NCBI RefSeq assembly: GCF_964188315.1
Contig: NC_135667.1
Span: 14,694,001 to 14,758,000, forward strand
Length of the DNA stretch: 64,000 nt
Direction: 5' to 3'
DNA from: Podarcis muralis
Lineage: Eukaryota
The translations under genes were made by a program, and so were the position numbers. The notes beneath the pieces were generated by a model. The model ran no database searches. It was not told the DNA's origin and saw only the letters and a list, made by a program, of their open reading frames with translations. This document shows, one piece after another, positions 50,426 through 61,486 of the stretch; position 1 is the first letter of the stretch, and each line of letters starts with the position of its first letter.

Positions 50426-53400
50426 TTTTATGAGAAGATCAAGAGATCCAGGAAAACAGTGATGGCTACAAAGGAGAATTGTGAGGAGCGAAGCTCTGGT
50501 ACTCACTGATAAAATACTGTTTTTGTTTCTTTTGTTCAAATTTGTTGATCCAAAGCTAGTTTGAAGCTAATTTGGAGCTCAGTGTTCAGAACAAGGTATT
50601 TCTGAGTAAGGAATCTGCAAGTGTTTAAAGCTCTTGAAAAGGGACTGTTGTCCTCCAAAATGTGTTGTTGGCAACAATCTCTGCCAGGCAGAGCCCAAGT
50701 AGAAAGAAAATCATCCACCACCTGAAGTGTGGTGTCACTAATGTTGATGGATGGAGTGCCAGTGATATCCTGTCCCAGGATGTTGGTCTCCATCAGGCTG
50801 ATGGTGAGGCCAAACTCCATGCAGGCTTGGCCATAATTCTTGTTTTTGGTTTTTTGAATAAATCTTTATTAATTTAAAATACAATCATACAATAAAGGTA
50901 AGTATAACAAAATTAAGCACAAAAAAGAAAAAAGGAGAAAAAAGGAGAAAAAAGGGATTAGTCACCTCAAAAAGGGCGAAAAGGGGTTTAAAAGCAACAA
51001 GAAAAGAAAAAAGGACAATTAAAAGAACCAAATATTTATACAACATCATGTCTTTTCCACTAAAGTTTTCTGTAAAAGACTTCCAATCGTACTCATTATA
51101 CTTTTTCTAGTGTCTTGGTTTTGTCGCACAGTTTGTTTTATATCTTTTTCCATATATTCCTCTAAGATGTTTATTCCATTATTTATTGTACACAAATATC
51201 ATTCAGTTCTGCTATGATGGTATCATTTTTACAATATAGTCTTATATATTCCTTAAATATTTTCCATTCTCCGTATACTTTTTGATTTAAGGCTCCCCTG
51301 ATTTTTCCAGTTACAGATAGGTAGCCGTGTTGGTCTGCCATAGTCAAAACAAAACAAAATCCTTCCAGTAGCACCTTAAAGACCAACTAAGTTAGTTCTT
51401 GGTATGAGCTTTCGTGTGCATGCACACTTCTTCAGATACACTGAAACAGAAGTTGCCAGATCCTTCTATATAGTGAGAGGGTGGGGAGGGGTATTACTCA
51501 GAAGGGTGGTGGGAATGGGTGATTGGCAGATAGCTGTGATGAGCCTGTTGACGACTCTTAACTACTGCAATAGGTCTTACAGGAAAAAGCAAGGGGTGAG
51601 AAGGTGAAAAATGGCTTTGTCATGTATAATGAGATAAGAATCCAATGTCTTTGTTCAGACCAGGTTTCTCCATGGTTTTAAGTTTGGTAATGAGTTGCAA
51701 TTCAGCAGCTTCTCTTTCCAGTCTATTTCTGAAATTCCTTTGTAGTAAAACAGCTACTTTGAGATCTTGTATAGAATGTCCTGGGAGATTGAAGTGTTCT
51801 CCTACTGGTTTCTCTGTCTTGTGATTCTTGATGTCAGATTTATGTCCGTTTATTCTTTGGCGTAAGGTTTGGCCTGTTTGTCCAATATAGAGAGCTGAAG
51901 GACACTGTTGGCATTTGATGGCATACACAATGTTAGACAATGAGCAATTAAATAGTCCCGAGATGGTATGTGTGATGTTGTTGGGGCCAGTAATGGTGTT
52001 GTCCGGGTGTATGTGGCAGCAAAGTTGGCATCTGGGTTTATTGCAGGCTCTGGTGCCAGTGTCCGTATTAAGTCTGGTTGTAGTATTATTGTGGGTTAGG
52101 AGTTGTTTAAGATCTTCACCGCCTCCATTGCATCTGCAGAAAACAGCAGCAGGAGACTTTTTCAGGTAGTTCGCAATCTATCGGAACCACCTGCACCACC
52201 GGGGCCTGGTAGGGACCCCAAGATCTCCTGCAATGCTTTTGCAAAGTTTTTTGCAGATAAAGTCGCTCAGATTCAGAAGGAGGTAGACTCCACCGTGGGA
52301 GCAGGGCCAGGGTGGGAGAGTGCTAGAGTTCTGTCTGGTCCTGTTACATGGGATCAATTCCAATCTGTTACCTCCGAGGATGTGGACAGGCTGCTTGGAC
52401 AAGTGAAACCGACCACCTGTCTCCTGGATCCTTGCCCATCCTGGCTGATAAAAGCGAGCCGGGAAGGGCTGGGCGATGGGCTCTGCGGGGTGGTGAATGC
52501 TTCCCTCTATGAGGGAGCCTTCCCAGACCCGCTGAAAGAGGCGGTCATTAAACCGCTTCTTAAAAAAACATCTTTAGACCCAGCCAATTTGGCCAACTAT
52601 CGCCCAGTCTCAAATTTACCATTCTTGGGCAAGGTGATTGAGCGGGTGGTTGCCAGACAACTCCAAGCACGCCTGGAGGATGCGGACCATTTGGATCCCT
52701 TCCAATCGGGATTCAGGCCTCACCATGGGACTGAAACTGCCTTGGTCGCGCTGGTTGATGATCTCCGGCGGGCTAGGGACAAAGGTGAGAGCTGTTTCCT
52801 AGTTCTGCTGGATCTCTCAGCGGCTTTTGACACCATCGACCATAACATCCTTCTGGACCATCTAGAGGGGCTGGGAGCTGGGGGCACTGTTATACGGTGG
52901 TTCCGCTCCTTTCTCCTGGGCCGTGTCCAGAAAGTGGTGGTGGGGGATGAGTGTTCAGACCCCTGGGCTCTCACTTGTGAGGTGCCTCAGGGTTCCGTCC
53001 TCTCCCCCATGCTTTTTAATATCTATATGAAGCCGCTGGGAGAGATCATCAGGGGGTTTGGGCTGGGTGTTCATCAGTATGCAGATGACACCCAGCTCTA
53101 CCTCTCCTTTAAATCAGAACCAGTGAAGGCGGTGAAGGTCCTGTGTGAGTGCCTGGAGGCTGTTGGAGGATGGATGGCGGCTAACAGATTGAGGCTGAAT
53201 CCTGACAAGACAGAAGTACTGTTTTTGGGGGACAGGGGGCGGGCAGGTGTGGGGGATTCCCTGGTCCTGAATGGGGTAACTGTGCCCCTGAAGGACCAGG
53301 TGCGCAGCCTGGGAGTCATTTTGGACTCACAGCTGTCCATGGAGGCACAGGTTAATTCTGTGTCCAGGGCAGCTGTTTACCAGCTCCACCTGGTACGCAG

Positions 53401-56400
53401 GCTAAGACCCTACCTGCCCGCAGACTGTCTTGCCAGAGTGGTGCATGCTCTAGTTATCTCCCGCTTGGACTACTGCAACGCGCTCTACGTGGGGCTACCT
53501 TTGAAGGTGACCCGGAAACTGCAATTAATCCAGAATGCGGCCGCTAGACTGGTGACTGGGAGTGGCCGCTGGGACCACATAACACCAGTTCTGAGAGATC
53601 TGCATTGGCTCCCAGTACGTTTCCGAGCACAATTCAAAGTGTTGGTGCTGACCTTTAAAGCCCTAAACGGCCTCGGTCCAGTATACCTGAAGGAGCGTCT
53701 CCACCCCCATCGTTCAACCTGGGCACAGAGGTCCAGCGCCGAGGGCCTTCTGGCGGTTCCCTCATTGCGAGAAGTAAGGTTACAGGGAACCAGGCAGAGG
53801 GCCTTCTCGGTAGTGGCTCCTGCCCTGTGGAACGCCCTCCCAGCAGATGTCAAAGCAATAAACAACTATTTTACTTTTAAAAGTCATCTGAAGGCAGCCC
53901 TCTTTAGGGAAGTTTTTAATGTTTGATGCTGTACTGTTTTTAATATTCAGTTGGAAGCCGCCCAGAGTGGCTGGGGAAACCCAGCCAGATGGGCGGGGTA
54001 TAAATAATAAATTATTATTATTATTATTATTATTGGGTGGCTGTCTGTAGGCAATGAAAGGTCTTCCTCCCAGAGCTTGAGAAAGAGAACTGTCATTGTC
54101 CAGGAGAGGTTGTAGATCTCTGATGATGTGTTGTACTGTTTTAACTTGGGAGCTGTATGTGATGACTAGAGGTGTTCTGTTATTTTCTTTTTTGGGTCTG
54201 TCTTGCAGCAAGTTCTCTCTGGGTATCAGTCTGGCTCTGTTGATCTGTTGTCTAACTTCATCTGCTGGGTATTTTAGTTCTAAAAAGGTTTGCTGTAGAT
54301 CTCTTAGGTGAGAGTCTCAACATCTTCACGGCAGATTTAGAACAACGTTTCCTAAACTCCTACCCACTCAAACCTCTCTTGTACCTGCGATACATTGACG
54401 ATATTTTTATCATCTGGACACATGGTCAACAGACCCTGGACACCTTCCACCAGAAATTTAATGATTTTCACCCCACAATCAACCTAACAATGAATCAATC
54501 TATGCAAGAAATACATTTTTTGGACACTACTATAAAAATACAGGATGGGCGCATAGACACCACCTTATACCGTAAACCAACTGACCGACAGACATATCTA
54601 CATGCCTCTAGCTACCATCCCAAACATACCAAACAGTCCATTGTATATAGCCAGGCACTACGTTACAGCCGTATCTGTTCCAATTCTACAGACAGAGACT
54701 CTCACCTAAGAGATCTACAGCAAACCTTTTTAGAACTAAAATACCCAGCAGATGAAGTTAGACAACAGATCAACAGAGCCAGACTGATACCCAGAGAGAA
54801 CTTGCTGCAAGACAGACCCAAAAAAGAAAATAACAGAACACCTCTAGTCATCACATACAGCTCCCAAGTTAAAACAGTACAACGCATCATCAGAGATCTA
54901 CAACCTCTCCTGGACAATGACAGTTCTCTTTCTCAAGCTCTGGGAGGAAGACCTTTCATTGCCTACAGACAGCCACCCAATCTTAAACAACTCCTAACCC
55001 ACAATAATACTACAACCAGACTTAATACGGACACTGGCACCAGAGCCTGCAATAAACCCAGATGCCAACTTTGCTGCCACATACACCCGGACAACACCAT
55101 TACTGGCCCCAACAACATCACACATACCATCTCGGGACTATTTAATTGCTCATCGTCTAACATTGTGTATGCCATCAAATGCCAACAGTGTCCTTCAGCT
55201 CTCTATATTGGACAACAGGCCAAACCTTACGCCAAAGAATAAACGGACATAAATCTGACATCAAGAATCACAAGACAGAGAAACCAGTAGGAGAACACTT
55301 CAATCTCCCAGGACATTCTATACAAAATCTCAAAGTAGCTGTTTTACTACAAAGGAATTTCAGAAATAGACTGGAAAGAGAAGCTGCTGAATTGCAACTC
55401 ATTACCAAACTTAAAACCATGGAGAAACCTGGTCTGAACAAAGACATTGGATTCTTATCTCATTATACATGACAAAGCCATTTTTCACCTTCTCACCCCT
55501 TGCTTTTTCCTGTAAGACCTATTGCAGTCGTTAAGAGTCGTCAACAGGCTCATCACAGCTATCTGCCAATCACCCATTCCCACCACCCTTCTGAGTAATA
55601 CCCCTCCCCACCCTCTCACTATATAGAAGGATCTGGCAACTTCTGTTTCAGTGTATCTGAAGAAGTGTGCATGCACACGAAAGCTCATACCAAGAACTAA
55701 CTTAGTTGGTCTTTAAGGTGCTACTGGAAGGAATTTTTTTTTTGTTCTGATTTTTCCAGTCAGCTTTGCTAATTGGAAATACTCGGTTGTCGGGGAACTG
55801 CCATCAGTACTGGAGGGGGAGCGCAAAAGCCAGAGGGATTCCAGAGAGCGTCCAGGGATCGGTAGGAGCAGCCCATCTTCTGGGGAAGAGAATCAGCGTA
55901 GCACCAGTGGAGAAGGGGGGCAGGTGGGGGAAGTGGCGAGGCGGTCCCATGACTCCTTGCCTGGGACCAGCGGGGAGAGTAGGGGTCCTCCGGTGCCCAC
56001 GCCCTCCCTGCGCAGAAGGCTTTCGCGCAGAGAGGGTAGGCGGCGACTAGGCATCAAAGAACTTCTTTGCTGGAAGAAGTTTAAGAAACGCCCACTCACG
56101 GATTCTGCCAGCGATTGAGTCAGCCACGGGTGAGTGGCTGCCCGGACAGAAGAGGTTCACTTTGGCAGCCCAGCCAGGTGTTTGCACCCAGCCAGGGAGA
56201 TAGGCACCTGCTTACGCACGAGCAACCCCTAGAACCATTACATCAGTCATGAGTGTTTGCCAATCTGTTACTGTTGGTGTTGTTTCACATTTCCAACTTC
56301 TGGCTACAAGTATTCTTGCAGCCATGATTGCGTACATAAACAGTGGTCTTGTGTTTTGCTTGATTTCCATTGGCAATATTCCTAATAGGAAAATCTCCGG

Positions 56401-59105
56401 CCTTTTTTTGATTGTAAGTTTAAATAATTTCTTGAATTCGTCATATATGTTATTCCAAAATTCACTTATAATTATGCAGGTCCGCCACATGTGATAGTAA
56501 GACCCTATTTGGGGAATGAAAGTATCAATGCTAAGGAAAGGGCTAATGCTCAGAAGGCTATTGAATGCTGTGCTGTCATAGGCCTGAGGTAGTTGATGGA
56601 TGGATTGAATTTATATACCGCCCTATACCCAGAGGTCTCAGGACGGTTCCCAGAATAAGATCAACGTATAAAACCACAAAATACATAATGAATACATACA
56701 TAATGCATAATGAAAATAAAAAACCCAATAGCCGCCCACAAAAAACCCTGTACATTTTAAGAGGGAATAGTTATGTCAATTTCTACAGCTATGGCAGTTA
56801 TGAGCAGTCTAAACAGTTAGAGCAGCAGGAATGTTCTCTTGTGCTGCTGTCAGTCTGTAACAGTATTTATCTGAGATAAAAATATACCTAAGATGTATTA
56901 GCAATGTAAGTAACACCTACCTGCATTGTATAGTTTAATCTGAAAGTTCAAGTACATTTGGTAAGAAGGAGAAGCAGCATCTGCTGCCGGCTCCTTATTC
57001 CAGCTCTCGTCTCCCTCCAGGAGGGAATCAGCATTGGGTTATGAGGAATCAATCAATCAAGAGGGAGAAGGTTGGCACAAGCTTCTCTTTGCCATTCAGA
57101 CATGTGCTGGGCTGGCCAAATGGTTAAGTGACAGCACAAAGTATCTTTATCAGGGGGCCTGGTGCTTGCCCAGGGAGCATGTGCTTGACAGCCATCCTCT
57201 AATTTCAGTCCTGTGACCTTTCAGCTGCAAAGCGGACATAGACGACAATAAGATTTATTCCATTCAAAATCCCTTGCTTGTCATTCCCATTAGATGCTGC
57301 CCATTTCCACCTGTGTTGAGAGCTGCCACCCTGGACAGAGTATGTTTCCCCAGCAGGGAAAGCAAATCTGTTGCTATGATTGTGTTCAGTGCCCTAAAGG
57401 GAGGATTTCAGTCCAGAAGGGTAAGTGAAGGAACCCAAGTCAACTGGAATTCTTCCTATCCAACTTCGACATTGATTTCTTAGTCTTATTATGTCTGCTT
57501 ATTTTCTGTCATAGATCCCAAGCACATGTGTTTATATGTTACTGATACATATTGTCCTTTCCTCTCTCCTCCCCTTTGGATAGCCATTCAAGAGTATATT
57601 GTGTGAAATAACGTTCACATGGGAGTAACTACCATTGAAATCAAGATGACATACATCTGGGAAGAAATAATTAGGATTGCACCCCATAGATTCCCTTTTT
57701 GTCAACATTGAACCTGCAGCCAATCAATTTTCATCTTCTGTGATTAACAACTTGTGAACAATTTTCTCTATTGTATCCGTACAGTTTCAGTCCTTAGGCA
57801 CAGTTCTTTCTTGTCAAATATAGATTTTCCCAGTGAGCAAATGACAGGCTACCTAGCTGTTTCATCCACTCCCAAATTCAATTATGGAAAGTGCAAAAAA
57901 GAAACACTTGGGCCAGAAGCTTTGAAATGCAAAGACATGGGGCTGGATGCAGAGATAGACATGTTTAAGGGGGAAAGACTGAAATCAATCAGTATACACA
58001 AAGCCTGACAAATAAATATGAATGGATTGATTAGTACAGCTGAGGTGCTCATGGAGGAACCATCACTTAGTTGCGAAAGTAGACTTTGGTTCATCAGTTC
58101 AGTAATATGTTTTGTGTACCGCATAACAGACGGTATCAATAATATTAATAAGTATCGCTTCCAGAAATGCTAAAAGCATGCTTCTCATTTTCAGATGCAG
58201 ATCAATGTGAGAAATGCCCAGATGATCACTACCCAAATGCCTTTCAGGACCAATGTATTCCGAAAAAAATAAGCTACCTATCCTATGAGGAGCCCTTGGG
58301 GGCAATGCTGGCCTCCTTGGCTCTCCTGCTTTCTCTGGTCACAGTTGTTGTGATGGGGACCTTCGGTCTGCACTGGAACACTCCCATTGTCAAAGCCAAC
58401 AACTGGGACATCACCTGCACCTTGCTCTCTTCTCTGCTTCTCTGCTTTCTCTGCTCCTTCTTATTCATTGGCAGGCCTACAAAGGTGACCTGTGTCTTGA
58501 GGCAAACCGTCTTTGGCATCGTCTTCTCCATTGCTGTTGCTTGTGTGTTAGCCAAAACCCTCACTGTGGTTCTGGCATTCATGGTGACCAAGCCTGGGAA
58601 CAGCCTGAGGAAATGGCTTGGGAAGAGGCTGGCAGGATCCCTTATCGCCTTCTGTTCTCTCATTCAAGCTGGCATCTGTCTTGGGTGGCTGGCATCCTCT
58701 CCCCCATTCCCAGAGTTTGACCTGCACTCCCAGGATGGGCAGATCATAGTGCAGTGCAATGAAGGCTCCGACGTCATGTTCCACTTTATTCTCGGCTACA
58801 TGGGTCTTTTGGCCATTGTGAGCTTCTCTGTGGCTTTCTTTGCCAGGAAGTTGCCTGATACTTTCAATGAAGCCAAGTTGATTACCTTCAGCATGCTGGT
58901 CTTCTGCAGTGTTTGGCTGTCCTTTGTCCCCACTTATCTGAGCACCAAAGGGAAATACATGGTGGCTGTGGAGATCTTCTCCATCTTGGCCTCTACTGCT
59001 GGCTTACTGGGTTGCATCTTCCTCCCCAAAATCTACATCATTATACTTAGACCTGAGATGAACAGTAAAGAGAGATTAGTAAGGAAGAAGGATGACCATA
59101 GTTGA
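46854..59105 (+). CDS. Vomeronasal type-2 receptor V2R-E (paralog of V2R-D); exon 1 incomplete and apparently frameshifted next to an assembly gap
   Basis: Exon 1 runs from 46854 into the N gap; exons 48055-48346, 48776-49624, 50125-50352, 57294-57420, 58195-59105 are open with canonical splice sites; coding status unresolved. Confidence 0.75.
46995..47194. other. Assembly gap (200 N)
   Basis: Run of N; round length suggests a placeholder of unknown true size. Confidence 0.99.
50389..50424. repeat. (CAT)12 microsatellite in V2R-E intron 4
   Basis: Direct reading; shorter, interrupted version at ~39327-39347 in V2R-D. Confidence 0.95.
51402..51439 (-). ncRNA. Minimal type I hammerhead ribozyme motif (Penelope inverted arm)
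   Basis: Reverse complement is identical to 55653-55690. Confidence 0.75.
52114..54033 (+). mobile_element. L2 (CR1 superfamily) LINE, 5'-truncated, open RT frame (ORF 52103-53926)
   Basis: [66 protein letters not shown]; L2 3'UTR and (ATT)n tail; splits the Penelope arm at aagat|tgggtgg. Confidence 0.93.
55653..55690 (+). ncRNA. Minimal type I hammerhead ribozyme motif (Penelope sense arm)
   Basis: GTAT-CTGAAGA-A-GTGTGCATGCACAC-GAAA-GC-TC-ATAC: CUGANGA and GAAA core, palindromic stem II, AGCU palindromic stem III, GUAU/AUAC stem I; predicted cleavage 3' of C55686. Confidence 0.78.
55776..56235. mobile_element. Unclassified GC-rich 460-bp insertion inside the L1 fragment
   Basis: Interrupts the L1 reading DVM|LAKL; abrupt GC shift; no TSD or TG..CA termini identified. 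Confidence 0.5.
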
Positions 59106-59655
59106 GAGGTTGAAAGAGATGCCGTTAGCCAGGGAGCTTATGTTCTGGCAAGGAGATGTTGAATTTCTTTTTATTTCCCTTCTTGTCTTCCATCCAATGA
59201 GTTCATGGTAGGATAGACTGAGAGATGGTATCTGAGCCATAGTTGAATGGGAATTTGAACCCAGTTTTCCTAGCTCGTAGTACAACACACTAATCACCAC
59301 ACTTTATGTTGAGACCATTTTGTTAATAATAATCTCTGGAAACAATAACATCAGTTAGAAAGATATAGAATGCAAAGCCTAATGAAAATAGATTTGACCC
59401 CTTTTCCTATGAGAAACCCAACTTTAAAAAAATGAGGAAAAGATGGTGATATGCAAAAATTAGATGGAAGCGGGTATATTGACTTTGGATCAATCGATAG
59501 ATGATGAAGATGAATTTTTAGCATTCTGTGTGTTATGAGATAAATATCAGCTATTGGATGTAACCAAATAGTAACATCTACAGCTTCAACATTTGTTAGC
59601 AACTTTGCTTTGGCCAGCTGCATTTTCAGCTTCTGAGACACTTTTTTTAGAAACC

Positions 59656-59686
<31 letters not shown>

Positions 59687-60059
59687 TGTGTGTATACAAA
59701 TATACATACATACAAACGCACGCAAAATAAATCAATTTGATATGCAGATATGAATATATAAATGAAATAAAGGTGGCTCCTGTATTGCCTAAACAACTGG
59801 ACAGAGTTTTTAACTTCTATTACAGGGGTGTCAGTGCACCTTAAATGATAACCTATTCAACAAATAATGTTTGATTTGTATTAACTAAAACAGCATTTTG
59901 TTTGAGATGTAATAAGGATAATGCTTCTTTAAAACACATTTTTTAACAATGTCCTATACTTGGGAGAAAGCAGTGGATTGTATAAATATGACTGTACAGA
60001 AAAAGCTGAAGTTCTCAGAGGGTTATACTCTTTAGAACTACATACCTACCATGTGGAAT

Positions 60060-60260
60060 TTCCAGTTGGACAATGTGCTTGGATTCTCTGTGCCCTTACT
60101 ATGGTCAGGGTTCAAATCCCCACGCAGCCATGAAGCTCACTGGGTGACCTGGGGTCACTATCTTGCAGCAAAACCTACCTTACAGGGTTGTTGTGAGGAT
60201 AAAATGGAGAAGGTAAATAACCACATTTGCGCTCCTCAGAGGAAACGTTGGATATACATC
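60060..60260 (+). mobile_element. Degenerate tRNA-derived squamate-type SINE
   Basis: agggttcaaatccccacgcagccatgaagctcactgggtgacc...cctaccttacagggttgttgtgaggataaaatgg. Confidence 0.6.
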
Positions 60261-60814
60261 TGATACTAAATATATATATATATAGCCCACACCATCCTCC
60301 TTGGGCCCAGAGGTTCCCAGGCAATCAGAAGCAATGATCCTAATTCTCCACAATGGCAGCCTTACATCCTTAGACTCTTCCTAATTTGACTGCCTCTGAG
60401 GGTTTTGTCCCTATGGCACCAACACTGCACTTGAACCATTCACTCACTATTTATGTTTGCTGTTAGTGTCTCCATTTGATTCTTCCATTCTGCTCTGGCT
60501 TAGCAGAAAGGGGTGGGGATCATCATCAATGAGACAAGTTTCATTTTGCCTCACATCTTCAGGTATGTGGAGCATTTGGGTCCTGCTGCTGCTTCCAGGT
60601 GAGCTAATTTTAAACTTAGAGCAGAAGATTCTGGTGCAGATGTTTTCTTTATTATAAGGGGAAATGCTTTGTCTAAATGATCAGCATATGCAATTCAAAC
60701 TGGCATGTGTTTTTACACATAAGTAAGAGGAAGTAGGTGTCGAAGACCAGATACTGTTGACATGCTATAAAATAAGTTGATAGCCTTGGCCGTGGGTCAA
60801 TAGTAGTCCTAAAC

Positions 60815-60938
60815 CAGGGTTTCCCAAACTTGGGTCTCCAGCTGTTTATGGATTACAACTCCCACCATCACTAGCTAATCAGGGATAATGGGAACTGTAG
60901 TCCAAAAACAGCTGGAAATCCAAGTTTGGGAAACCCTG
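60815..60938. mobile_element. hAT-type MITE
   Basis: TIRs cagggtttcccaaacttgg / ccaagtttgggaaaccctg; 8-bp TSD tcctaaac/tcctagac. Confidence 0.8.
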
Positions 60939-61486
60939 TCCTAGACTGTTATTTTTGTGACACCCACCTCACCAGCTTACTATGAGACATGTCTGGAGTG
61001 TAGGTTTCCACAGAACTTTTGGCAGGAATGGGAAGGAAATATGTGGCCCTCCATGTGCTATTGGACTTCATCTCCCGTCATTCCCAGCCAGTGTAGCCAA
61101 TGATCAGCAATGATGGGAGCTGTAGTCCAGCAATACCTGGAGAGCCACAGGTTCCCCATCCCTGACTTACAGCCTAACAGGGTAAGGGCTGTGGAGTGGA
61201 GTGGCTGGAGGCTGCAAGAGACTGCTAAATTCACACCTCAAATGCTTCTATTTGTCTTTGTCAGCAGTTTTTGACTGCCTTGCAACAGTTGACAGCCATG
61301 TAATTTTGTGTTCTTATTTCCTACTGATCCCACTGAAGATGTGTGAATATACTGAAAAATGTTCTGTTTCTGAACATGGGGGTTCCAGATCATGGTTCAT
61401 CCTCTATGAATTTGTCTTCATGAATTTGACCTGAGGTTAAGTCCCAATAAATTTATTCATCTGGACAAGTCAGCACTATCAGACAC

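Larger units (their letters stand above)
51312..55746. mobile_element. Penelope-like element (RT + GIY-YIG), 5'-truncated, with an inverted duplicate 3' arm
   Basis: Plus arm 54319-55746: [38 protein letters not shown]. Minus arm 51312-52113 + 54034-54318: [18 protein letters not shown]...[15 protein letters not shown]. 14-bp TSD CTGATTTTTCCAGT (51298-51311, 55747-55760). Confidence 0.93.
50840..56508 (-). mobile_element. L1 ORF2 C-terminus and 3' end, split by nested insertions (pieces ~50840-51311, 55747-55775, 56236-56508)
   Basis: Rejoined minus translation: YHMWRTC..EFWNNI...FLLGI...[13 protein letters not shown]...[10 protein letters not shown]|[26 protein letters not shown]; AATAAA and A-tail at the left end; absent from V2R-D. 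Confidence 0.85.

Noticed and set aside
50083-50433. Poly-Met and poly-His ORFs
   Set aside because: Translation of an intronic (CAT)n microsatellite next to exon 4.
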